Below are positions 10,399 to 18,765 of a stretch of DNA of 64,000 bases, piece by piece. Within the stretch, counting starts at the first letter, position 1, and the number at the start of each line of letters is the position of its first letter. The notes beneath the pieces are model-generated. The model was given only the letters and a program-made list of their open reading frames with translations. It was not told the DNA's origin and did not search any database. The stretch is from a virus (lineage: Duplodnaviria; Caudoviricetes). Position numbers and translations under genes: made by a program. The stretch covers positions 10 through 64,009 of the IMG/VR virus record IMGVR_UViG_3300008085_000002, one strand, 5' to 3'.

Positions 10399-10799
10399 CG
10401 CGCCACCCCTATGAAGTAGAGCAGGGTCACGTCAGCCGGGCGCAGCTTCTCGACCCCGACAATGCGGTAGGGCTCGGTGCCGTCGACGAGCTCGTTCATG
10501 GACGAGTAGTCTTCGGTCTCCCCGTCAACCGGAGTGATGATGAAGATTTGCTCCGACCGCTTCACCAGGTCGTTGTCCTGGGTGGACATGCCCAGGGAGG
10601 TGGCGCTGGAAGGGGGCACAGCCACCCCGTAGGGCGTGGCAGAGGCAGCAGGAGCGGCCACCGGGTCGGTGTTGCCCCTCCAGGGCTTGCTGCCGTCTGA
10701 GGCGGTCGTGTTGAAGCGGCGCAGCGTCACCTGGCGGCCGTTGGCCTCCACAAGAGCGCGCGCCGTGACGGCTAGGGCTGCATAGTCAACCCCGGCCAT
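10395..10799 (-). CDS. Head-tail joining protein
   Basis: Synteny; 134 aa ending LLYFIGVAR. Confidence 0.6.
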   Translation of the reverse strand: MAGVDYAALAVTARALVEANGRQVTLRRFNTTASDGSKPWRGNTDPVAAPAASATPYGVAVPPSSATSLGMSTQDNDLVKRSEQIFIITPVDGETEDYSSMNELVDGTEPYRIVGVEKLRPADVTLLYFIGVAR

Positions 10800-11320
10800 C
10801 AGCGCACCGCACGAGCACCCCCACCCGTGACGTACTGGCTCAGGAGCCGGTCGGCGGCAGGGTAGGGCTTGAGGGAGCGGACCCCCATGGACGCGGCGAA
10901 GGTGGTCTCGGTCTCGATGGGGCCGACCTTCTGGCGGACCCCGCTGACCATCGCGCCGCTGGTGTCGGTCGACGGGTCGGGCATGAGCTCGCCACTGAGC
11001 GCGCGCAAGGCGTACTCAGCGGTGGCCTTCTTGAGATTGTCTGGGATGCCTTCGACCAGCTGGCCTGCAAGATCGTACAGCTGGGTGCGCGGAAAGCCCA
11101 GGGGCTGGCGCGGGTCCAGGAATTCAGGCTGACCCTTGAAGCGGTCGCCCCAGCGGGTCTCGATGTAGTCGGTGGCCTTGATGATGGCAGCCTGCTTCAC
11201 CGCGTCGGTGCCGGTCCAGGCCGTCACCCCGCGATCAGTGAAGTAGTCGTCAGCGAACGCCACAGGGATGTAGGCGTTGGCGTCTTCGACCCCGGTGCCG
11301 TCCTCAACGGTGAATGCCAT
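10799..11320 (-). CDS. Head-tail adaptor (DnaT-like family)
   Basis: MAFTVEDGTGVEDANAYI...ATDYIE...QPLGFPR motif. Confidence 0.75.
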   Translation of the reverse strand: MAFTVEDGTGVEDANAYIPVAFADDYFTDRGVTAWTGTDAVKQAAIIKATDYIETRWGDRFKGQPEFLDPRQPLGFPRTQLYDLAGQLVEGIPDNLKKATAEYALRALSGELMPDPSTDTSGAMVSGVRQKVGPIETETTFAASMGVRSLKPYPAADRLLSQYVTGGGARAVR

Positions 11321-11330
11321 CGTGCGCCTC

Positions 11331-11699
11331 CTATGCCCCGGCCACCGGGCCGACCGCGTCAGCGGTGGCACCCTGGGAGCCATTGGCGTTGACCGCAATC
11401 ACGGTGCAGTTGATGGAAGCGCCCTCGTCCTCAGCGACAAGGTCGTAGGTGGCTGCGTCGGCACCGCTGATCACAGCCCCATCGCGCCGCCACACGTAGC
11501 GGTAGGCGGTTGGGGTGTTGGACCAGGTGCCCTCATCCACGGTGAGGGTCTGACCCACCGTGGTCGTGCCGCTGATGGAAGGCGCTGCTGTGTTGGCAGG
11601 AGCTCCAGCAACGCGGCTGCGCCGCTGGACTCGTGCGTGGAACAGCGAGGCCTGGAGCCGCCCGGCCACCGCTCCACCAAGGGTGGCGAGCCGGGCCAT
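11331..11699 (-). CDS. Ig-like domain virion decoration protein
   Basis: APSISGTTTVGQTLTVDEGTWS...YVWRRDGAVISGADAATYDL...INCTVIAVN is an Ig-like repeat. Confidence 0.65.
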   Translation of the reverse strand: MARLATLGGAVAGRLQASLFHARVQRRSRVAGAPANTAAPSISGTTTVGQTLTVDEGTWSNTPTAYRYVWRRDGAVISGADAATYDLVAEDEGASINCTVIAVNANGSQGATADAVGPVAGA

Positions 11700-11703
11700 G
11701 GGC

Positions 11704-12417
11704 TTACTCGCCAGTCTTCAGGGGCAGCTGCGGACGCGGCCGGTGACCGAAGCCGGTCTTGCGGGCCATCGAGCGGTCCAGCGCAGAGCGCGGGTCGAGC
11801 TTGTTGACGTCCAGGCCCTTGAGGATTTCCGCGCTGGCACCCGCGCGCTCGGCGCGCATCTGCGCCTGGCGCTTGATGAACGCCATGCGGTCTTCCATGT
11901 CCTGGTGCGGCCGCTTCTGGCTGTCGCGGATTTCGACCAGCCGGTCGTGTTCGGCCTGCACCTGGTCGACCACCTTCTTGGCAGCGTCAGCCTGCTCCTG
12001 GGCCTCAGCCAGCTTGGCCTTGGCCTCCAGCACAGCAGCTTCGGCCTCGTCGATGTCGGCCGGGAGCTCAGCGAGCTCGTCGTCCTCATCGTCGGCCGAG
12101 CCCTGCTCGTCCTGATCACCCTGCTCGTCGTCACCAGAGCCCTGCTCGTCGTCACCCTGGGCTTGGTCACCCTGGGGCGTCGGAGCCGCATCGTCGCCCT
12201 GACCGCTGGTGCTTTCGCCACCGTCGGCCTTCGGCGCTTCGAACACCGGATTGTCCTTGGTGAAGTGCGGGGCGGCGGCCGTCACGTCTTCACGCTTGAG
12301 GCCGCTGACGCCCTTGATGGCGTCGAGCCGGGGCAGACCGTCGTTGGTCCAGTGGTCATCGTTCTTGGGGTCCAGCTGCTGCAGGGCCTTGACGATAGCT
12401 GCGTTCTTGTCGCTCAT
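11704..12417 (-). CDS. Conserved head-region protein with acidic low-complexity linker
   Basis: LDPKNDDHWTNDGLPRLDAI N-terminus; synteny with YuA-like phages. Confidence 0.6.
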   Translation of the reverse strand: MSDKNAAIVKALQQLDPKNDDHWTNDGLPRLDAIKGVSGLKREDVTAAAPHFTKDNPVFEAPKADGGESTSGQGDDAAPTPQGDQAQGDDEQGSGDDEQGDQDEQGSADDEDDELAELPADIDEAEAAVLEAKAKLAEAQEQADAAKKVVDQVQAEHDRLVEIRDSQKRPHQDMEDRMAFIKRQAQMRAERAGASAEILKGLDVNKLDPRSALDRSMARKTGFGHRPRPQLPLKTGE

Positions 12418-12437
12418 GCGATGCTCCTCGCTCTGGT

Positions 12438-12971
12438 TTAGTCGTCACCCAGGACGATGAACGCCAGGTGCACCACCCCGGTTGCCGTGATGTCGCTCTC
12501 TTCACCGTCGGTCACCTCGTCTGCGTCGAGCAGGATGTTGAGGTTGAGCTCCAGCGAGCCGTCGGTGTTGTCGAGGATGGCACCCTGTTCGGTGGCTTCG
12601 GTCGAAGTACCGCGCGTCACAGGCGTGACCTCAGCCGTGGCCGGGCCAATGGCGGTGCTGGGGATGATGTTGTCATCGCCCGCGTCGCCAAGGTCGTTGT
12701 CAGCAGTCGGCGCGGTGCCAATGCCGAAGTCGCCCTGGAAGTCGGCGGTGAGGTTGGCGTCCGAGCCAGAACCGGCCAGCTGCAGGTAGGCAACAGCGCC
12801 CAGGAACAGCAGGTTGCCTTCCGGCAGACCGCCGATGGGGGCCGTACCGAAGATCACCGCGCCGGTTGCACCAGTGAAGGTGATGGTTTCGTTGATGGCG
12901 ATCGACTGCTTGACGATCTCCTGGCGCTGCGCAGAGCCCCGGCTCAGCGAACGGGGAAGTCCCTTACTCAT
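12438..12971 (-). CDS. Virion structural protein (minor capsid/decoration)
   Basis: MSKGLPRSLSR start; immediately after the major capsid gene; strong RBS. Confidence 0.6.
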   Translation of the reverse strand: MSKGLPRSLSRGSAQRQEIVKQSIAINETITFTGATGAVIFGTAPIGGLPEGNLLFLGAVAYLQLAGSGSDANLTADFQGDFGIGTAPTADNDLGDAGDDNIIPSTAIGPATAEVTPVTRGTSTEATEQGAILDNTDGSLELNLNILLDADEVTDGEESDITATGVVHLAFIVLGDD

Positions 12972-13029
12972 GTCTGCCTCCTGCTAGGGCTGTGCTCTTA
13001 CGAGAGGGGCGGCGCACCGTCACTCACGT

Positions 13030-13054
13030 AAGAGGGGGCGGCCGAAGCCGCCCC
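13030..13054 (-). terminator. Hairpin after the major capsid gene (cUUCGg tetraloop), weak terminator or stabiliser
   Basis: GGGGCGGC-TTCG-GCCGCCCC followed by CTCTT. Confidence 0.55.
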
Positions 13055-13060
13055 GCTCCA

Positions 13061-14113
13061 TTACGCTTCGCGGGTGATGAGCCGCGCGATCTTGATCTGC
13101 TTGCGCTCCGGGAAGACCCGCTGCCAGGAGCCCGCTGCGCCCAGGTTGTTGCTGGTCGCAGCGTTGGTCGGGCCACCGTTCGGGGCCGTGCCGGCATACT
13201 TGTTGCCGACCGGGTGGAGCGACCATTCGACGCGGTTGTAGAGCGTCTCGGCACCGCCGCCGTTGCCAGCGCCGGGAAGGCGATGGACCTCGGTCGGGAT
13301 TTTCGGGGTGCCAACACCCAGGCGCACTGCGCCGGGGCCGAACAGCCAGGTCTCGTAGACGCCAGCGGCAGCCGGAACACCGTCGTCGACGATCACCTCG
13401 CGACCCAGGAAGGTCGGGATCATGACCTCCCCGCGCGCGTCGGGGATGAAGTCGATCAGGTTGTTCTTCTGCATGCGGTTGTAGACCACCGAGTGGACCA
13501 TCAGCATGGTGAGGCCTTCCTGGCTGTCACCCATGGTGAGCGCAGCGTCCAGGAATGCTTCGGCCGAGAAGTCGGTCACCCCGGCGCTGTAAGATGCGCC
13601 GCTGATGTCGTTGGTCAGGTCGCCCTGCACGTGCTCGGTCCCTGCCGGGGCCGCGTCGTTGTCGGCGAAGATGCCCTTCATGGTCGCCACGAAGGCGGCC
13701 TGCAGGCGGCGCGTCCAGTAGTAGGCCACGCGGTCACCGATGGCACCGGCCGGGTCCGAGCCAGCCAGGGTGGCGGCAAGGTCGGCGGTCGACCAGCTGT
13801 TGTTGCGGCTGAGCCGGACAGCGATTTCGGTGTCGCTCTCGATCTTCTTCGGATCGGGATCGGCAACGCCGGACGTGTATTCGGCCGGGATGCTGTCGGT
13901 CGACGTGCGTTCCTCGTCGTCGTCGAGGTCACGCCACGACGGGACGTTGAAAGTGAGACCGCCGCCAGCGAGCAGCTGGTCGATGGCCGGGTCACGGACC
14001 ATCGCGCCCGACTGGATCAGACGAGCCTTCTGCTCGGTCTGCTGCTGGACGTAGGGGGTGAAGATTTCGGGGACGACAACGTCCGCGATCTGAGTGATGG
14101 GTCCGTCGGCCAT
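13061..14113 (-). CDS. Major capsid protein
   Basis: ITQIADVVVPEIFTPYV...ARLIQSGAM N-terminus and NGGGAETLYNRVEWSLHPVG motif. Confidence 0.92.
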   Translation of the reverse strand: MADGPITQIADVVVPEIFTPYVQQQTEQKARLIQSGAMVRDPAIDQLLAGGGLTFNVPSWRDLDDDEERTSTDSIPAEYTSGVADPDPKKIESDTEIAVRLSRNNSWSTADLAATLAGSDPAGAIGDRVAYYWTRRLQAAFVATMKGIFADNDAAPAGTEHVQGDLTNDISGASYSAGVTDFSAEAFLDAALTMGDSQEGLTMLMVHSVVYNRMQKNNLIDFIPDARGEVMIPTFLGREVIVDDGVPAAAGVYETWLFGPGAVRLGVGTPKIPTEVHRLPGAGNGGGAETLYNRVEWSLHPVGNKYAGTAPNGGPTNAATSNNLGAAGSWQRVFPERKQIKIARLITREA

Positions 14114-14272
14114 GGTAGGCTCCTTCTGGGTTCAGCTTCGATCTGTTAAATCGGAGCCGAGCCCCATGGTCGGCCTCCTTGGGAGACGGTTTGTCAGTGC
14201 CCCATGGACCAACGGACCCGCCTTTGATCAGCGTTCATAATCTCGTCCGAGAAGACGCGCAAGTCCCTTTGA

Positions 14273-15094
14273 CTACGCCTTCTTCGGAGCGGGCTTCGGA
14301 CCACCGATGCTGGTGCCAGCGGCCTTGGCCATCTGGTCAGCCTTCTGACGGTCCTGGTTCATGACGCGGCCCTGCTCGGTCATGTTCCAGTGGTCGTGCG
14401 ACCACGGGTTGTTGGCGAAGCCACCGCCGCCACCGTTGCCGCCCTGGGCTCCACCACCCTGGCTGGCAGGCCACCAGTGCGGCCGCTTGGGCTGCATTTC
14501 GGTGAGCCACTGGTCGGGGCTGAGGCCGGGGGTCACGCCCACACCGTCCTTGGTGGTGACCGAGCCGTCTTCACCGACCTCGAACACGCGGTCTGCGAGC
14601 ATGAGCACGTCGTCGATGGCGGTTTCGACCACCTTGCCCTTGAGCGCGGCCGACATCACATTGTCCTTGATGTCGCGGCTGCGGATGGTGTTCTGGAGCT
14701 CTTCGACCGTGGCCGTGGTCGCTTCGAGTTTGGTCTTCAGCTGGTCACGCTCGCGCTCGACCGGGCCAAGGGCCGTGCGGAGCCGCTTGTCAGCGAGCTC
14801 GGTGATCTTGTCCTCGTCGAGCTTGCCCTCGGCAGCTGCTTCGAGCTCCGGGTACTTGTCGAGCTTGGCGTGGACCTCTTCGGGGTCCAGGTCGTTGAAC
14901 AGCGCCAGGCGATCCTTGGCCGCCTTGTGGTCGTTGCGCTCCTTGGTGAGCGCGCCGTTCAATCGGTCGATGTCCGCCTGCGTCTTGATGCCTTCAACGC
15001 CAGTGAGAACGTACTTGCCGTCCTTTTCAGCGTACAGGGGGCGGAAGGGCTCGTCGATCTCGTCGACGGTGTCGTGGACTACTTTGAGACCCAT
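14273..15094 (-). CDS. Capsid scaffolding protein
   Basis: Coiled coil; PHWWPASQGGGAQGG...NPW C-terminus; directly upstream of the capsid gene. Confidence 0.8.
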   Translation of the reverse strand: MGLKVVHDTVDEIDEPFRPLYAEKDGKYVLTGVEGIKTQADIDRLNGALTKERNDHKAAKDRLALFNDLDPEEVHAKLDKYPELEAAAEGKLDEDKITELADKRLRTALGPVERERDQLKTKLEATTATVEELQNTIRSRDIKDNVMSAALKGKVVETAIDDVLMLADRVFEVGEDGSVTTKDGVGVTPGLSPDQWLTEMQPKRPHWWPASQGGGAQGGNGGGGGFANNPWSHDHWNMTEQGRVMNQDRQKADQMAKAAGTSIGGPKPAPKKA

Positions 15095-15191
15095 GTCTCA
15101 TCCTTTCGTGTTCTCGGCCCATGCCGTAGGCTCCGGGGCCATCCTCGGAGCAAACCGGAACATGGTCGAGAAGCCCAGGGGAGGCAAGCGT

Positions 15192-15225
15192 GAAAGAAGG
15201 GCCCCCAGGTTTCCCTGAGAGCCCT
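15192..15225 (-). terminator. Rho-independent terminator downstream of the tmRNA
   Basis: AGGGCTCTCAGG-GAAA-CCTGGGGGCCCT followed by TCTTTC. Confidence 0.7.
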
Positions 15226-15287
15226 CCTAGCACCCGTGCCAACGGAATGCTGCGACCCAAAGGCTCGTGCCCTCGGCTATGAAACTC

Positions 15288-15614
15288 GTGGGGACCTTCT
15301 GTTCCAAGGCCGTCCCCGGAGCCCGTGTCAAGCTGCCTTAGGCGGCGAGACGATGTGCCATTGCTGGCTCGTTGTCGTTGACATTTAGTCAGCTGTCCCG
15401 TCACGGTGGGCCAATCCGAGCCGCGTCCCTACCTCAGCCTACACAGTCGATCCTGGTTCAGGCCCATCATCAACCCTCAGTCCCGCCTTGCCAGGCCCCC
15501 ATCCGGGGAAGGGCTATCCAGCGAGCCGTCCGGCTCGACTGAGGGCTGGTGGTGGACCTGGCGGGTACTGCCCCCGCGTCCTGTGCATCCATCAGCGGGC
15601 CGAATTACGGCCGT
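15288..15614 (-). ncRNA. ssrA: Two-piece (circularly permuted) alphaproteobacterial-type tmRNA: acceptor piece ~15614-15550, intervening segment 15549-15466, coding piece 15465-~15288
   Basis: T-arm GCGGG-GGCAGTA-CCCGC, then CAGGTCC-A-CCA (CCA end at 15550); 5' end GGGCCTGAACCAGGATCGAC at 15465 pairs with it to give a 7-bp acceptor stem with G3:U70; helix CUGUGUA/UGCACAG; TAAAT resume context; tag ORF ending LAA*; alpha-type 3' motif GGAACAGAAG. The exact outer ends are estimates. Confidence 0.93.
15338..15382 (-). other. tmRNA proteolysis-tag reading frame VNDNEPAMAHRLAA*
   Basis: GTC AAC GAC AAC GAG CCA GCA ATG GCA CAT CGT CTC GCC GCC TAA, directly after GACTAAAT. Confidence 0.9.
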
Positions 15615-15620
15615 GCATCC

Positions 15621-15649
15621 TGGGTGCCTCAAGGGAAGCACCCAGGCAA
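15621..15649 (-). promoter_or_regulatory. Putative promoter of the tmRNA gene
   Basis: TTGCCT-N17(ending TGAGG)-CACCCA, same pattern as other phage promoters; overlaps inverted repeat CCTGGGTGC...GCACCCAGG. Confidence 0.6.
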
Positions 15650-15654
15650 TCGGT

Positions 15655-16974
15655 TTAGAGGGCCACCACCTTGCAGCGGTTCAGCTGTGTCTCCTGGGCC
15701 CCGTTGTAGTCGCTGTGGCGCTTCACCGTCCCGTCCAACTTGCACTGCTGACCGTTCTGGAGGCCGGTGCCGCTGGCGGTAAACCAGGTGTACATGTTCC
15801 CAGCCTCGTCGCGGAACTTGACCAGGACCATGTCGCCCCAATCGCTGCTGATCGAGCGGCTGAGCTCCTGGGTCACGATGAGGCCCTTGAGGCGCTCGCC
15901 CACCTGACCCTGCCAGCGGCTGTTGGCGTCGACCTTCTTGGCCTTGGCGCGCTCGACTTCACGCTCCATGGCGCGCTCGTAGGAGGCCACCGCGCTGCAG
16001 ACGAAGCCAGCCCGCTTCATCTCAGTGAGCTCGGTCGAGCAGAGCACCTGGAGGTTGTGGCCGTAGTCGCCCGTACCAGCGCCGCCTTCGGCTGCCCACT
16101 GGACGACGCGCTCTGCGAGCTCCCAATCGGCCTCGGTCACTGCCTTGGCGAGCTCGTCCATGCGCGCCTTGCGGTCACGATTGTAGTCTTTGCCGATATC
16201 CATCGGCGGCCACAGCACGTCGGTCACATGGTCGCGGGTGGAGGTGATCTCCTGAGCCATCGCCTGGGCCTTGGAAGCCCAGCCGCGAAGGCGGATGCAG
16301 GCCGAGCTCAGGGCAACAACCTCAACGGTCGGGGCAAAACCGCCCCAGCCGCTGCCACCCCATTCGCTCTCGCTGTCCCGGATGGCCTTGAAGAAGGCGA
16401 ACCGCTGAGCGACCTGGCTGGGGTCGCAGTAGCCGAGAAAGTCCTTGAGGCAGGTACGGCCGACCTGGACCTCTTCGCCAGTCTCAGTGTTGCGGAGCAC
16501 GAAGGTCTCGTTCCGCTGGCGGTCGGTGCGGCAATGCTCACACGAGCTCTTGGTGGTGCGGAAGCGGCGGTCGACGGTACGGCCGGGGATAATGTCGACG
16601 ATGTTGCCGCCCTGGGTGTGCTCGATCTTGGCGAGAAACTCGTACGGGCCGACCTGGGGTGCGCTGCCTTCGATCGTGACCGGCACCCGCCAAGGGCCCA
16701 GCACCTCAACCTTGCGGCCGTCGAAACGGGTGCGGGTCTCGCGCTCCTGGAAAGGCTCGCCGAAGCTGTAGCTCACATCCGGGTTGCCGTAGCGGGTGGC
16801 CTTGCGGACCAGCTTGTCGAGCTCCTTGCGGGCTTCGGCCATGCGGTCCTGCAGGATGAGGATGGTCTGGGGGCCAGTGGTGGCCTCGTATTCTTCGCGC
16901 TCAGCGGCCATCTCGGCCTCAAGGGCTTCACGGTCGTCGAGGGCGATTAGGCCGGGAGCGATCTGGGTAGGCAT
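15655..16974 (-). CDS. Hypothetical early protein with Cys motifs and probable C-terminal OB fold
   Basis: CEHC..., VGRTCLKDFLG motif; C-terminal beta-rich segment ending QETQLNRCKV; own promoter and AGAAAAGGAG RBS. Confidence 0.6.
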   Translation of the reverse strand: MPTQIAPGLIALDDREALEAEMAAEREEYEATTGPQTILILQDRMAEARKELDKLVRKATRYGNPDVSYSFGEPFQERETRTRFDGRKVEVLGPWRVPVTIEGSAPQVGPYEFLAKIEHTQGGNIVDIIPGRTVDRRFRTTKSSCEHCRTDRQRNETFVLRNTETGEEVQVGRTCLKDFLGYCDPSQVAQRFAFFKAIRDSESEWGGSGWGGFAPTVEVVALSSACIRLRGWASKAQAMAQEITSTRDHVTDVLWPPMDIGKDYNRDRKARMDELAKAVTEADWELAERVVQWAAEGGAGTGDYGHNLQVLCSTELTEMKRAGFVCSAVASYERAMEREVERAKAKKVDANSRWQGQVGERLKGLIVTQELSRSISSDWGDMVLVKFRDEAGNMYTWFTASGTGLQNGQQCKLDGTVKRHSDYNGAQETQLNRCKVVAL

Positions 16975-16999
16975 GAGACAATCTCCTTTTCTGGAGACC

Positions 17000-17028
17000 G
17001 GCATGCCTCAGGCCAGCGCAAAAGACAA
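17000..17028 (-). promoter_or_regulatory. Putative phage early promoter
   Basis: TTGTCT-N17(ending CTGAGG)-CATGCC followed by AGAAAAGGAG RBS. Confidence 0.65.
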
Positions 17029-17032
17029 GCCC

Positions 17033-17569
17033 CTACTTGATCACTTTGCAGAAAAACGGCAGCACGTAGAAGTGCCCCGGCATGCCCACCTTCATCTTGC
17101 GCTCGTTGATGAGCTCCACGAAGCGGGTGCGCTGCTCCGGGCTGAGGTGCTGGAAGTAGAACTTGGCATGGGTCGTCGCCATGCGCGGCTCGACCTTCAC
17201 CCAATGGCCGTCTGGCCAGTTGGCCTGCTGCCAAGGGTCCAGCGGGAGCTCGGCACGGTTTTCCGGGGTGATCTCCACCCAGCCTTCACCCTGCTACGGA
17301 AAGTTGGCCGACGAGTAGATGGTCGGCGCTCCCACACCTGGGTCTGGCACGTCGAGGTAGGCCTTGTAGCTCTTGTCAGTTGGCCCAATCTCCACGCCTG
17401 CTTCGGCCGCCTTCATGAACTCGTCAGGGTGCAAGCTCCCACAGTAGCCGCACACCAGGTGGCCGTCCCTGGGCTTCCACTCGGTCTCCCCGTTCATGAG
17501 CGGTTTGAAAGGGCTGTCGGGCCCTCCACCATTCTCGATGGCGCGGGGGCAGAAGAACTTGTCGCTCAC
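17033..17569 (-). pseudogene. Single reading frame interrupted by one in-frame TAG (17296-17294): pseudogene, readthrough gene or split gene
   Basis: ...AAC TTT CCG TAG CAG GGT GAA GGC TGG GTG GAG...; ORFs 17294..17569 and 17033..17278 are in the same frame, 5 codons apart. Confidence 0.55.
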
Positions 17570-18765
17570 AGGAAGTCCTCAGGATCAAGGCCAGCGGCCC
17601 GGAAGGCGTCGGCGTGTTGCTTGGCCAGTTGGCCCAGGGGGATTTCATCACCGGCACGGTTGACGAAGCGGTCCAGGGTCAATCCGCCCTTGCGGAACAG
17701 CTTGGCACGGGTCGTCCCCAGCACGTCGTCCTGGAAGCTCGCGCTCTGGCGAGTGAGCCACTGCTGGTAGGTCGTCTTGCCAGGCACCCGGCCGGTCAGG
17801 TCCCTGATGCGGGTGCGAGCGAACTGGTCGTAGGCGGTCTTGGTGCCATGGGGCAGGTTCGCGCGCTTGGTGGGCGCGGGGAAGCCATTCTTGGCGCTGA
17901 ACTCCCTCAGCAGCTGGCGTTCGGTGACCGGCTTGGCAGGCCTGGAGCCCAGGGCGTCACCGTCGATGACCGGCACTCGTAGGGAGCGGCAGTTGAAGTG
18001 CAACGGGGGCAGCGGCCCCTTGCCGACCGGGAACCGCTTGCCGTCATTAGAGCGGCACACAGGAGTGGTGCGAGCATCGAGCGTGGCAACGTACTGCTCC
18101 TCATCGAACAGGTCGGCATTGGCGTTCAGGAATTCCCGACGCGCCTGATTGGAGATGTGGTTGACCGCCGTGCGAGTGATGGCCTCAGCGTTGCGGCGGG
18201 TGATCTGCGTCACCCCGTCGACCCCGCGCAAGGCAGCCGAGCCGACCACGCGGCGCGCGATCTGCTGGGAGCTCTCGCCCTGGACCATGCCCACTCGTAC
18301 TGCGTTCTCGATGCGGCGCAGGTCTTCGCTGGCGATCGAGCTCGCCCACTCGCGCAAGGTGCGGCCCTCGAAGGGGTTGGTCTTCACGATCGACTTGAGC
18401 AGGTTGGCGCTCGGCAGCGCCAGGTCCAGCACCACCGGGGCTACCGTCTTGGTGACCGCCGCCATCAGCACCGGCTCGTTGGTGGCCAGGTCCTGGAGCT
18501 CTTCGAGCCACGCCTCAGTGACCTGGCTCCAGGCGGTGAGGCGGGTCTTGCGGATGGCCGCCAGCGTGGCCTCCATGCGGCGCACAGAGGCCGGGGTGTC
18601 CAGGCCATTCGTCCCAGCGAGCCGGGCAATGATCTTGTCCTTGATGTCCTGTTCGGTAGCGTCCAGCAGCCGGTAGATGCGGTTGCGGATCGACCCGCTC
18701 ATCCGGAGCAGGTAAATCTGGTGCCGCACTAGGGCGTCGAAGAGCTCTTCATTGACCGTGGCCAT
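17566..18765 (-). CDS. Head morphogenesis protein (SPP1 gp7 / MuF-like)
   Basis: YVATLDARTTPVCRSNDGKRF...PPLHFNCRS motif. Confidence 0.88.
   Translation of the reverse strand: MATVNEELFDALVRHQIYLLRMSGSIRNRIYRLLDATEQDIKDKIIARLAGTNGLDTPASVRRMEATLAAIRKTRLTAWSQVTEAWLEELQDLATNEPVLMAAVTKTVAPVVLDLALPSANLLKSIVKTNPFEGRTLREWASSIASEDLRRIENAVRVGMVQGESSQQIARRVVGSAALRGVDGVTQITRRNAEAITRTAVNHISNQARREFLNANADLFDEEQYVATLDARTTPVCRSNDGKRFPVGKGPLPPLHFNCRSLRVPVIDGDALGSRPAKPVTERQLLREFSAKNGFPAPTKRANLPHGTKTAYDQFARTRIRDLTGRVPGKTTYQQWLTRQSASFQDDVLGTTRAKLFRKGGLTLDRFVNRAGDEIPLGQLAKQHADAFRAAGLDPEDFL

Noticed and set aside
12090-12180. Short ccctgctcgtc tandem repeats
   Set aside because: They encode an acidic low-complexity linker (QGDDEQG) in a structural-region protein.
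14114-14272. CCATGGGGC direct repeat in the capsid gene leader as a structured RNA or operator
   Set aside because: Only two 9-bp copies and no convincing fold by eye; it cannot be supported without comparative data.
15550-15581. Stand-alone tRNA gene or tRNA-derived attachment site
   Set aside because: There is no anticodon arm, the 5' acceptor strand lies downstream, and no integrase was found; the tmRNA explains all parts.
17294-17296. Genome-wide TAG reassignment
   Set aside because: TAG ends several well-defined genes (polA, scaffold, endolysin, RecD-like helicase) at the expected lengths, and no suppressor tRNA was seen.
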